Below, one piece after another: positions 1-11,400 of a stretch of DNA of 64,000 nt. The translations under genes and the position numbers were made by a program. Location: contig CAXKVF010000075.1 of NCBI GenBank assembly GCA_964057225.1, positions 186,001-250,000 on the forward strand, written 5' to 3'. The notes beneath the pieces are model-generated. The model ran no database searches and was not told the origin of the DNA. It worked only from the letters and a program-made list of their open reading frames with translations. Each line of letters starts with the position of its first letter. Position 1 is the stretch's first letter. This stretch comes from Auanema rhodensis. Its lineage: Eukaryota > Animalia > Nematoda.

Positions 1-27
1 AATTTTGAAAACCGCATCTCTTTATCT

Positions 28-37
28 TTCACGTGAA
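28..37. repeat. 10-bp perfect palindrome TTCACGTGAA with an E-box/G-box core (CACGTG)
   Basis: Read directly. A second CACGTG lies at p62-67 and CACGTA at p95-100. Protein binding is not demonstrated. Confidence 0.9.
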
Positions 38-71
38 GCGAGTTACATACCAAGTGCACATCACGTGTACA

Positions 72-91
72 TTTAATTAGCATAAATTAAA
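72..91. repeat. AT-rich inverted repeat TTTAATT-agcata-AATTAAA (8-bp arms in the p84T variant)
   Basis: TTTAATT and AATTAAA are reverse complements. With p84T (e.g. 424-443) it reads TTTAATTA-gcat-TAATTAAA. Confidence 0.93.
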
Positions 92-110
92 GTTCACGTA
101 AAATTCAAAG

Positions 111-125
111 TCATGGTTACCATGA
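111..125. repeat. 15-bp dyad TCATGGT-T-ACCATGA (in most monomers; contains BstEII site GGTNACC)
   Basis: TCATGGT and ACCATGA are exact reverse complements around one central T. Confidence 0.95.
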
Positions 126-136
126 ACCAATATCAA

Positions 137-152
137 TAAAAATTTGTTTTTA
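137..152. repeat. Inverted A/T tract TAAAAA-tttg-TTTTTA
   Basis: 6-bp reverse-complement arms around a 4-nt spacer. Confidence 0.85.
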
Positions 153-3100
153 GACTAATATGGACATGGGGAATCTAATTTTGAAAACCGCATCTCTTTA
201 TCTTTCACGTGAAGCGAGTTACATACCAAGTGCACATCACGTGTACATTTAATTAGCATAAATTAAAGTTCACGTAAATTTCAAAGTCATGGTTACCATG
301 AAGCAATATCAATAAAAATTTGTTTGTAGACTAATATGGACATGAGGAATCTAATTTTGAAAACCGCATCTCTTTATCTTTCACGTGAAGCGAGTTACAT
401 ACCAAGTGCACATCACGTGTACATTTAATTAGCATTAATTAAAGTTCACGTAAATTTCAAAGTCATGGTTACCATGAACCAATATCAATAAAAATTTGTT
501 TTTAGACTAATATGAACATGGGGAATCTAATTTTGAAAACCGCATCTCTTTATCTTTCACGTGAAGCGAGTTACATACCAAGTGCACATCACGTGTACAT
601 TTAATTAGCATAAATTAAAGTTCACGTAAATTTCAAAGTCATGGTTACCATGAAGCAATATCAATAAAAATTTGTTTTTAGACTAATATGGACATGGGGA
701 ATCTAATTTTGAAAACCGCATCTCTTTATCTTTCACGTGAAGCGAGTCACATACCAAGTGCACATCACGTGTACATTTAATTAGCATTAATTAAAGTTCA
801 CGTAAATTTCAAAGTCATGGTTACCATGAACCAATATCAATAAAAATTTGTTTTTAGACTAATATGGACATGGGGAATCTAATTTTGAAAACCGCATCTC
901 TTTATCTTTCACGTGAAGCGAGTTACATACCAAGTGCACATCACGTGTACATTTAATTAGCATAAATTAAAGTTCACGTAAATTTCAAAGTCATGGTTAC
1001 CATGAAGCAATATCAATAAAAGTTTGTTTTTAGACTAATATGGACATGGGGAATCTAATTTTGAAAACCGCATCTCTTTATCTTTCACGTGAAGCGAGTT
1101 ACATACCAAGTGCACATCACGTGTACATTTAATTAGCATTAATTAAAGTTCACGTAAATTTCAAAGTCATGGTTACCATGAACCAATATCAATAAAAATT
1201 TGTTTTTAGACTAATATGGACATGGGGAATCTAATTTTGAAAACCGCATCTCTTTATCTTTCACGTGAAGCGAGTTACATACCAAGTGCACATCACGTGT
1301 ACATTTAATTAGCATAAATTAAAGTTCACGTAAATTTCAAAGTCATGGTTACCATGAAGCAATATCAATAAAAATTTGTTTGTAGACTAATATGGACATG
1401 AGGAATCTAATTTTGAAAACCGCATCTCTTTATCTTTCACGTGAAGCGAGTTACATACCAAGTGCACATCACGTGTACATTTAATTAGCATTAATTAAAG
1501 TTCACGTAAATTTCAAAGTCATGGTTACCATGAACCAATATCAATAAAAATTTGTTTTTAGACTAATATGGACATGGGGAATCTAATTTTGAAAACCGCA
1601 TCTCTTTATCTTTCACGTGAAGCGAGTTACATACCAAGTGCACATCACGTGTACATTTAATTAGCATTAATTAAAGTTCACGTAAATTTCAAAGTCATGG
1701 TTACCATGAAGCAATATCAATAAAAATTTGTTTTTAGACTAATATGGACATGGGGAATCTAATTTTGAAAACCGCATCTCTTTATCTTTCACGTGAAGCG
1801 AGTTACATACCAAGTGCACATCACGTGTACATTTAATTAGCATAAATTAAAGTTCACGTAAAATTCAAAGTCATGGTTACCATGAACCAATATCAATAAA
1901 AATTTGTTTTTAGACTAATATGGACATGGGGAATCTAATTTTGAAAACCGCATCTCTTTATCTTTCACGTGAAGCGAGTTACATACCAAGTGCACATCAC
2001 GTGTACATTTAATTAGCATAAATTAAAGTTCACGTAAATTTCAAAGTCATGGTTACCATGAAGCAATATCAATAAAAATTTGTTTGTAGACTAATATGGA
2101 CATGAGGAATCTAATTTTGAAAACCGCATCTATTTATCTTTCACGTGAAGCGAGTTACATACCAAGTGCACATCACGTGTACATTTAATTAGCATTAATT
2201 AAAGTTCACGTAAATTTCAAAGTCATGGTTACCATGAACCAATATCAATAAAAATTTGTTTTTAGACTAATATGGACATGGGGAATCTAATTTTGAAAAC
2301 CGCATCTCTTTATCTTTCACGTGAAGCGAGTTACATACCAAGTGCACATCACGTGTACATTTAATTAGCATTAATTAAAGTTCACGTAAATTTCAAAGTC
2401 ATGGTTACCATGAAGCAATATCAATAAAAATTTGTTTTTAGACTAATATGGACATGGGGAATCTAATTTTGAAAACCGCATCTCTTTATCTTTCACGTGA
2501 AGCGAGTTACATACCAAGTGCACATCACGTGTACATTTAATTAGCATAAATTAAAGTTCACGTAAAATTCAAAGTCATGGTTACCATGAACCAATATCAA
2601 TAAAAATTTGTTTTTAGACTAATATGGACATGGGGAATCTAATTTTGAAAACCGCATCTCTTTATCTTTCACGTGAAGCGAGTTACATACCAAGTGCACA
2701 TCACGTGTACATTTAATTAGCATAAATTAAAGTTCACGTAAATTTCAAAGTCATGGTTACCATGAAGCAATATCAATAAAAATTTGTTTGTAGACTAATA
2801 TGGACATGAGGAATCTAATTTTGAAAACCGCATCTCTTTATCTTTCACGTGAAGCGAGTTACATACCAAGTGCACATCACGTGTACATTTAATTAGCATT
2901 AATTAAAGTTCACGTAAATTTCAAAGTCATGGTTACCATGAACCAATATCAATAAAAATTTGTTTTTAGACTAATATGAACATGGGGAATCTAATTTTGA
3001 AAACCGCATCTCTTTATCTTTCACGTGAAGCGAGTTACATACCAAGTGCACATCACGTGTACATTTAATTAGCATAAATTAAAGTTCACGTAAATTTCAA

Positions 3101-5456
3101 AGTCATGGTTACCATGAAGCAATATCAATAAAAATTTGTTTTTAGACTAATATGGACATGGGGAATCTAATTTTGAAAACCGCATCTCTTTATCTTTCAC
3201 GTGAAGCGAGTTACATACCAAGTGCACATCACGTGTACATTTAATTAGCATTAATTAAAGTTCACGTAAATTTCAAAGTCATGGTTACCATGAACCAATA
3301 TCAATAAAAATTTGTTTTTAGACTAATATGGACATGGGGAATCTAATTTTGAAAACCGCATCTCTTTATCTTTCACGTGAAGCGAGTTACATACCAAGTG
3401 CACATCACGTGTACATTTAATTAGCATAAATTAAAGTTCACGTAAATTTCAAAGTCATGGTTACCATGAAGCAATATCAATAAAAGTTTGTTTTTAGACT
3501 AATATGGACATGGGGAATCTAATTTTGAAAACCGCATCTCTTTATCTTTCACGTGAAGCGAGTTACATACCAAGTGCACATCACGTGTACATTTAATTAG
3601 CATTAATTAAAGTTCACGTAAATTTCAAAGTCATGGTTACCATGAACCAATATCAATAAAAATTTGTTTTTAGACTAATATGGACATGGGGAATCTAATT
3701 TTGAAAACCGCATCTCTTTATCTTTCACGTGAAGCGAGTTACATACCAAGTGCACATCACGTGTACATTTAATTAGCATAAATTAAAGTTCACGTAAATT
3801 TCAAAGTCATGGTTACCATGAAGCAATATCAATAAAAATTTGTTTTTAGACTAATATGGACATGGGGAATCTAATTTTGAAAACCGCATCTCTTTATCTT
3901 TCACGTGGAGCGAGTTACATACCAAGTGCACATCACGTGTACATTTAATTAGCATTAATTAAAGTTCACGTAAATTTCAAAGTCATGGTTACCATGAACC
4001 AATATCAATAAAAATTTGTTTTTAGACTAATATGGACATGGGGAATCTAATTTTAAAAACCGCATCTCTTTATCTTTTACGTGAAGCGAGTTACATACCA
4101 AGTGCACATCACGTGTACATTTAATTAGCATAAATTAAAGTTCACGTAAATTTCAAAGTCATGGTTACCATGAACCAATATCAATAAAAATTTGTTTTTA
4201 GACTAATATGGACATGGGGAATCTAATTTTGAAAACCGCATCTCTTTATCTTTCACGTGAAGCGAGTTACATACCAAGTGCACATCACGTGTACATTTAA
4301 TTAGCATTAATTAAAGTTCATGTAAATTTCAAAGTCATGGTTACCATGAACCAATATCAATAAAAATTTGTTTTTAGACTAATATGGACATGGGGAATCT
4401 AATTTTAAAAACCGCATCTCTTTATCTTTTACGTGAAGCGAGTTACATACCAAGTGCACATCACGTGTACATTTAATTAGCATAAATTAAAGTTCACGTA
4501 AATTTCAAAGTCATGGTTACCATGAACCAATATCAATAAAAATTTGTTTTTAGACTAATATGGACATGGGGAATCTAATTTTGAAAACCGCATCTCTTTA
4601 TCTTTCACGTGAAGCGAGTTACATACCAAGTGCACATCACGTGTACATTTAATTAGCATAAATTAAAGTTCACGTAAATTTCAAAGTCATGGTTACCATG
4701 AACCAATATCAATAAAAATTTGTTTTTAGACTAATATGGACATGGGGAATCTAATTTTGAAAACCGCATTTCTTTATCTTTCACGTGAAGCGAGTTACAT
4801 ACCAAGAGCACATCACGTGTACATTTAATTAGCATAAATTAAAGTTCACGTAAATTTCAAAGTCATGGTTACCATGAAGCAATATCAATAAAAATTTGTT
4901 TTTAGACTAATATGGACATGGGGAATCTAATTTTGAAAACCGCATCTCTTTATCTTTCACGTGAAGCGAGTTACATACCAAGTGCACATCACGTGTACAT
5001 TTAATTAGCATAAATTAAAGTTCACGTAAATTTCAAAGTCATGGTTACCATGAAGCAATATCAATAAAAATTTGTTTTTAGACTAATATGGACATGGGGA
5101 ATCTAATTTTAAAAACCGCATCTCTTTATCTTTTACGTGAAGCGAGTTACATACCAAGTGCACATCACGTGTACATTTAATTAGCATAAATTAAAGTTCA
5201 CGTAAATTTCAAAGTCATGGTTACCATGAAGCAATATCAATAAAAATTTGTTTTTAGACTAATATGGACATGGGGAATCTAATTTTGAAAACCGCATCTC
5301 TTTATCTTTCACGTGAAGCGAGTTACATACCAAGTGCACATCACGTGTACATTCAATTAGCATTAATTAAAGTTCACGTAAATTTCAAAGTCATGGTTAC
5401 CATGAACCAATATCAATAAAAATTTGTTTTTAGACTAATATGGACATGGGGAATCT

Positions 5457-8400
5457 AATTTTGAAAACCGAATCTCTTTATCTTTCACGTGAAGCGAGTT
5501 ACATACCAAGTGCACATCACGTGTACATTTAATTAGCATAAATTAAAGTTCACGTAAATTTCAAAGTCATGGTTACCATGAACCAATATCAATAAAAATT
5601 TGTTTTTAGACTAATATGGACATGGGGAATCTAATTTTGAAAACCGCATCTCTTTATCTTTCACGTGAAGCGAGTTACATACCAAGTGCACATCACGTGT
5701 ACATTTAATTAGCATAAATTAAAGTTCACGTAAATTTCAAAGTCATGGTTACCATGAACCAATATCAATAAAAATTTGTTTTTAGACTAATATGGACATG
5801 GGGAATCTAATTTTGAAAACCGCATCTCTTTATCTTTCACGTGAAGCGAGTTACATACCAAGTGCACATCACGTGTACATTTAATTAGCATAAATTAAAG
5901 TTCACGTAAATTTCAAAGTCATGGTTACCATGTACCAATATCAATAAAAATTTGTTTTTAGACTAATATGGACATGGGGAATCTAATTTTGAAAACCGCA
6001 TCTCTTTATCTTTCACGTGAAGCGAGTTACATACCAAGTGCACATCACGTGTACATTTAATTAGCATAAATTAAAGTTCACGTAAATTTCAAAGTCATGG
6101 TTACCATGAACCAATATCAATAAAAATTTGTTTTTAGACTAATATGGACATGGGGAATCTAATTTTGAAAACCGCATCTCTTTATCTTTCACGTGAAGCG
6201 AGTTACATACCAAGTGCACATCACGTGTACATTTAATTAGCATAAATTAAAGTTCACGTAAATTTCAAAGTCATGGTTACCATGCACCAATATCAATAAA
6301 AATTTGTTTTTAGACTAATATGGACATGGGGAATCTAATTTTGAAAACCGCATCTCTTTATCTTTCACGTGAAGCGAGTTACATACCAAGTGCACATCAC
6401 GTGTACATTTAATTAGCATAAATTAAAGTTCACGTAAATTTCAAAGTCATGGTTACCATGAACCAATATTAATAAAAATTTGTTTTTAGACTAATATGGA
6501 CATGAGGAATCTAATTTTGAAAACCGCATCTCTTCATCTTTCACGTGAAGCGAGTTACATACCAAGTGCACATCACGTGTACATTTAATTAGCATAAATT
6601 AAAGTTCACGTAAATTTCAAAGTCATGGTTACCATGCACCAATATCAATAAAAATTTGTTTTTAGACTAATATGGACATGGGGAATCTAATTTTGAAAAC
6701 CGCATCTCTTTATCTTTCACGTGAAGCGAGTTACATACCAAGTGCACATCACGTGTACATTTAATTAGCATAAATTAAAGTTCACGTTAATTTCAAAGTC
6801 ATGGTTACCATGAACCAATATCAATGAAAATTTGTTTTTAGACTAATATGGACATGGGGAATCTAATTTTGAAAACCGCATCTCTTTATCTTTCACGTGA
6901 AGCGAGTTACATACCAAGTGCACATCACGTGTACATTTAATTAGCATAAATTAAAGTTCACGTAAATTTCAAAGTCATGGTTACCATGAACCAATATCAA
7001 TAAAAATTTGTTTTTAGACTAATATGGACATGGGGAATCTAATTTTGGAAACCGCATCTCTTTATCTTTCACGTGAAGCGAGTTACATACCAAGTGCACA
7101 TCACGTGTACATTTAATTAGCATAAATTAAAGTTCACGTTAATTTCAAAGTCATGGTTACCATGAACCAATATCAATGAAAATTTGTTTTTAGACTAATA
7201 TGGACATGGGGAATCTAATTTTGAAAACCGCATCTCTTTATCTTTCACGTGAAGCGAGTTACATACCAAGTGCACATCACGTGTACATTTAATTAGCATA
7301 AATTAAAGTTCACGTAAATTTCAAAGTCATGGTTACCATGAAGCAATATCAATAAAAATTTGTTTTTAGACTAATATGGACATGGGGAATCTAATTTCGA
7401 AAACCGCATCTCTTTATCTTTCACGTGAAGCGAGTTACATACCAAGTGCACATCACGTGTACATTTAATTAGCATAAATTAAAGTTCACGTTAATTTCAA
7501 AGTCATGGTTACCATGAACCAATATCAATGAAAATTTGTTTTTAGACTAATATGGACATGGGGAATCTAATTTTGAAAACCGCATCTCTTTATCTTTCAC
7601 GTGAAGCGAGTTACATACCAAGTGCACATCACGTGTACATTTAATTAGCATAAATTAAAGTTCACGTAAATTTCAAAGTCATGGTTACCATGAACTAATA
7701 TCAATAAAAATTTGTTTTTAGACTAATATGGACATGGGGAATCTAATTTTGAAAACCGCATCTCTTTATCTTTCACGTGAAGCGAGTTACATACCAAGTG
7801 CACATCACGTGTACATTTAATTAGCATAAATTAAAGTTCACGTAAATTTCAAAGTCATGGTTACCATGAACCAATATAGATAAAAATTTGTTTTTAGACT
7901 AATATGGACATGGGGAATTTAATTTTGAAAACCGCATCTCTTTATCTTTCACGTGAAGCGAGTTACATACCAAGTGCACATCACGTGTACATTTAATTAG
8001 CATAAATTAAAGTTCACGTAAATTTCAAAGTCATGGTTACCATGAACTAATATCAATAAAAATTTGTTTTTAGACTAATATGGACATGGGGAATCTAATT
8101 TTGAAAACCGCATCTCTTTATCTTTCACGTGAAGCGAGTTACATACCAAGTGCACATCACGTGTACATTTAATTAGCATAAATTAAAGTTCACGTAAATT
8201 TCAAAGTCATGGTTACCATGAACCAATATCAATAAAAATTTGTTTTTAGACTAATATGGACATGGGGAATCTAATTTTGAAAACCGCATCTCTTTATCTT
8301 TCACGTGAAGCGAGTTACATACCAAGTGCACATCACGTGTACATTTAATTAGCATAAATTAAAGTTCACGTAAATTTCAAAGTCATGGTTACCATGAACC

Positions 8401-11400
8401 AATATCAATAAAAATTTGTTTTTAGACTAATATGGACATGGGGAATCTAATTTTGAAAACCGCATCTCTTTATCTTTCACGTGAAGCGAGTTACATACCA
8501 AGTGCACATCACGTGTACATTTAATTAGCATAAATTAAAGTTCACGTAAATTTCAAAGTCATGGTTACCATGAACCAATATCAATAAAAATTTGTTTTTA
8601 GACTAATATGGACATGGGGAATCTAATTTTGAAAACCGCATCTCTTTATCTTTCACGTGAAGCGAGTTACATACCAAGTGCACATCACGTGTACATTTAA
8701 TTAGCATAAATTAAAGTTCACGTAAATTTCAAAGTCATGGTTACCATGAACCAATATCAATAAAAATTTGTTTTTAGACTAATATGGACATGGGGAATCT
8801 AATTTTGAAAACCGCATCTCTTTATCTTTCACGTGAAGCGAGTTACATACCAAGTGCACATCACGTGTACATTTAATTAGCATAAATTAAAGTTCACGTA
8901 AATTTCAAAGTCATGGTTACCATGAACCAATATCAATAAAAATTTGTTTTTAGACTAATATGGACATGGGGAATCTAATTTTGAAAACCGCATCTCTTTA
9001 TCTTTCACGTGAAGCGAGTTACATACCAAGTGCACATCACGTGTACATTTAATTAGCATAAATTAAAGTTCACGTAAATTTCAAAGTCATGGTTACCATG
9101 TACCAATATCAATAAAAATTTGTTTTTAGACTAATATGGACATGGGGAATCTAATTTTGAAAACCGCATCTCTTTATCTTTCACGTGAAGCGAGTTACAT
9201 ACCAAGTGCACATCACGTGTACATTTAATTAGCATAAATTAAAGTTCACGTAAATTTCAAAGTCATGGTTACCATGAACCAATATCAATAAAAATTTGTT
9301 TTTAGACTAATATGGACATGGGGAATCTAATTTTGAAAACCGCATCTCTTTATCTTTCACGTGAAGCGAGTTACATACCAAGTGCACATCACGTGTACAT
9401 TTAATTAGCATAAATTAAAGTTCACGTAAATTTCAAAGTCATGGTTACCATGCACCAATATCAATAAAAATTTGTTTTTAGACTAATATGGACATGGGAA
9501 ATCTAATTTTGGAAACCGCATCTCTTTATCTTTCACGTGAAGCGAGTTACATACCAAGTGCACATCACGTGTACATTTAATTAGCATAAATTAAAGTTCA
9601 CGTAAATTTCAAAGTCATGGTTACCATGAACCAATATCAATAAAAATTTGTTTTTAGACTAATATGGACATGGGAAATCTAATTTTGAAAACCGCATCTC
9701 TTTATCTTTTACGTGAAGCGAGTTACATACCAAGTGCACATCACGTGTACATTTAATTAGCATAAATTAAAGTTCACGTAAATTTCAAAGTCATGGTTAC
9801 CATGCACCAATATCAATAAAAATTTGTTTTTAGACTAATATGGACATGGGGAATCTAATTTTGAAAACCGCATCTCTTTATCTTTCACGTGAAGCGAGTT
9901 ACATACCAAGTGCACATCACGTGTACATTTAATTAGCATAAATTAAAGTTCACGTAAATTTCAAAGTCATGGTTACCATGAACCAATATTAATAAAAATT
10001 TGTTTTTAGACTAATATGGACATGAGGAATCTAATTTTGAAAACCGCATCTCTTCATCTTTCACGTGAAGCGAGTTACATACCAAGTGCACATCACGTGT
10101 ACATTTAATTAGCATAAATTAAAGTTCACGTAAATTTCAAAGTCATGGTTACCATTCACCAATATCAATAAAAATTTGTTTTTAGACTAATATGGACATG
10201 GGGAATCTAATTTTGAAAACCGCATCTCTTTATCTTTCACGTGAAGCGAGTTACATACCAAGTGCACATCACGTGTACATTTAATTAGCATAAATTAAAG
10301 TTCACGTAAATTTCAAAGTCATGGTTACCATGCACCAATATCAATAAAAATTTGTTTTTAGACTAATATGGACATGGGGAATCTAATTTTGAAAACCGCA
10401 TCTCTTTATCTTTCACGTGAAGCGAGTTACATACCAAGTGCACATCACGTGTACATTTAATTAGCATAAATTAAAGTTCACGTAAATTTCAAAGTCATGG
10501 TTACCATGAAGCAATATCAATAAAAATTTGTTTTTAGACTAATATGGACATGGGGAATCTAATTTTGAAAACCGCATCTCTTTATCTTTCACGTGAAGCG
10601 AGTTACATACCAAGTGCACATCACGTGTACATTTAATTAGCATAAATTAAAGTTCACGTAAATTTCAAAGTCATGGTTACCATGAACCAATATCAATAAA
10701 AATTTGTTTTTAGACTAATATGGACATGGGGAATCTAATTTTGAAAACCGCATCTCTTTATCTTTCACGTGAAGCGAGTTACATACCAAGTGCACATCAC
10801 GTGTACATTTAATTAGCATAAATTAAAGTTCACGTAAATTTCAAAGTCATGATTACCATGAACTAATATCAATAAAAATTTGTTTTTAGACTAATATGGA
10901 CATGGGGAATCTAATTTTGAAAACCGCATCTCTTTATCTTTCACGTGAAGCGAGTTACATACCAAGTGCACATCACGTGTACATTTAATTAGCATAAATT
11001 AAAGTTCACGTAAATTTCAAAGTCATGGTTACCATGCACCAATATCAATAAAAATTTGTTTTTAGACTAATATGGACATGGGGAATCTAATTTTGAAAAC
11101 CGCATCTCTTTATCTTTCACGTGAAGCGAGTTACATACCAAGTGCACATCACGTGTACATTTAATTAGCATAAATTAAAGTTCACGTAAATTTCAAAGTC
11201 ATGGTTACCATGAAGCAATATCAATAAAAATTTGTTTTTAGACTAATATGGACATGGGGAATCTAATTTCGAAAACCGCATCTCTTTATCTTTCACGTGA
11301 AGCGAGTTACATTCCAAGTGCACATCACGTGTACATTTAATTAGCATAAATTAAAGTTCACGTAAATTTCAAAGTCATGATTACCATGAACTAATATCAA

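Larger units (their letters stand above)
1..176 (+). repeat. Representative 176-bp monomer (differs from consensus only at p103 T>A)
   Basis: Direct comparison with consensus copies such as the five monomers at 8097-8976. Hand count gives 56/176 G+C and 5 CpG. Confidence 0.97.
1..5456 (+). repeat. Sub-array domain A: mostly alternating monomer types (p84A+p127G / p84T+p127C), ~352-bp dimer period
   Basis: CATAAATT..GAAGC monomers alternate with CATTAATT..GAACC monomers through most of 177-4048. The last p84T monomer of the domain is 5281-5456. Confidence 0.85.

Noticed and set aside
60-125. Budding-yeast-type point centromere (CDEI-CDEII-CDEIII)
   Set aside because: Only the 8-bp CDEI-like ATCACGTG matches. 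There is no ~80-bp, >90% AT CDEII and no CCGAA-containing CDEIII, and point centromeres are not tandem arrays.
1-176. Tandem 5S rRNA, tRNA, snRNA or spliced-leader gene array
   Set aside because: No recognisable 5S sequence, tRNA cloverleaf or A/B boxes, or known snRNA/SL sequence was seen. AATTTTGA and ATTTGTTTTTAG only loosely resemble Sm-site or splice-acceptor motifs, as expected in AT-rich DNA. An Rfam/Infernal scan would settle it.
1-176. Assignment to known ~176-bp satellites (Brassica CentBr HindIII family, honeybee AluI family)
   Set aside because: Only the length matches. The consensus has no AAGCTT or AGCT site and shows no similarity I can recognise, so no family name is assigned without a database search.
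7393-7412. CENP-B box in the TTTCGAAAACCG variant
   Set aside because: It has TTCG but lacks the correctly spaced A and CGGG of NTTCGNNNNANNCGGGN.
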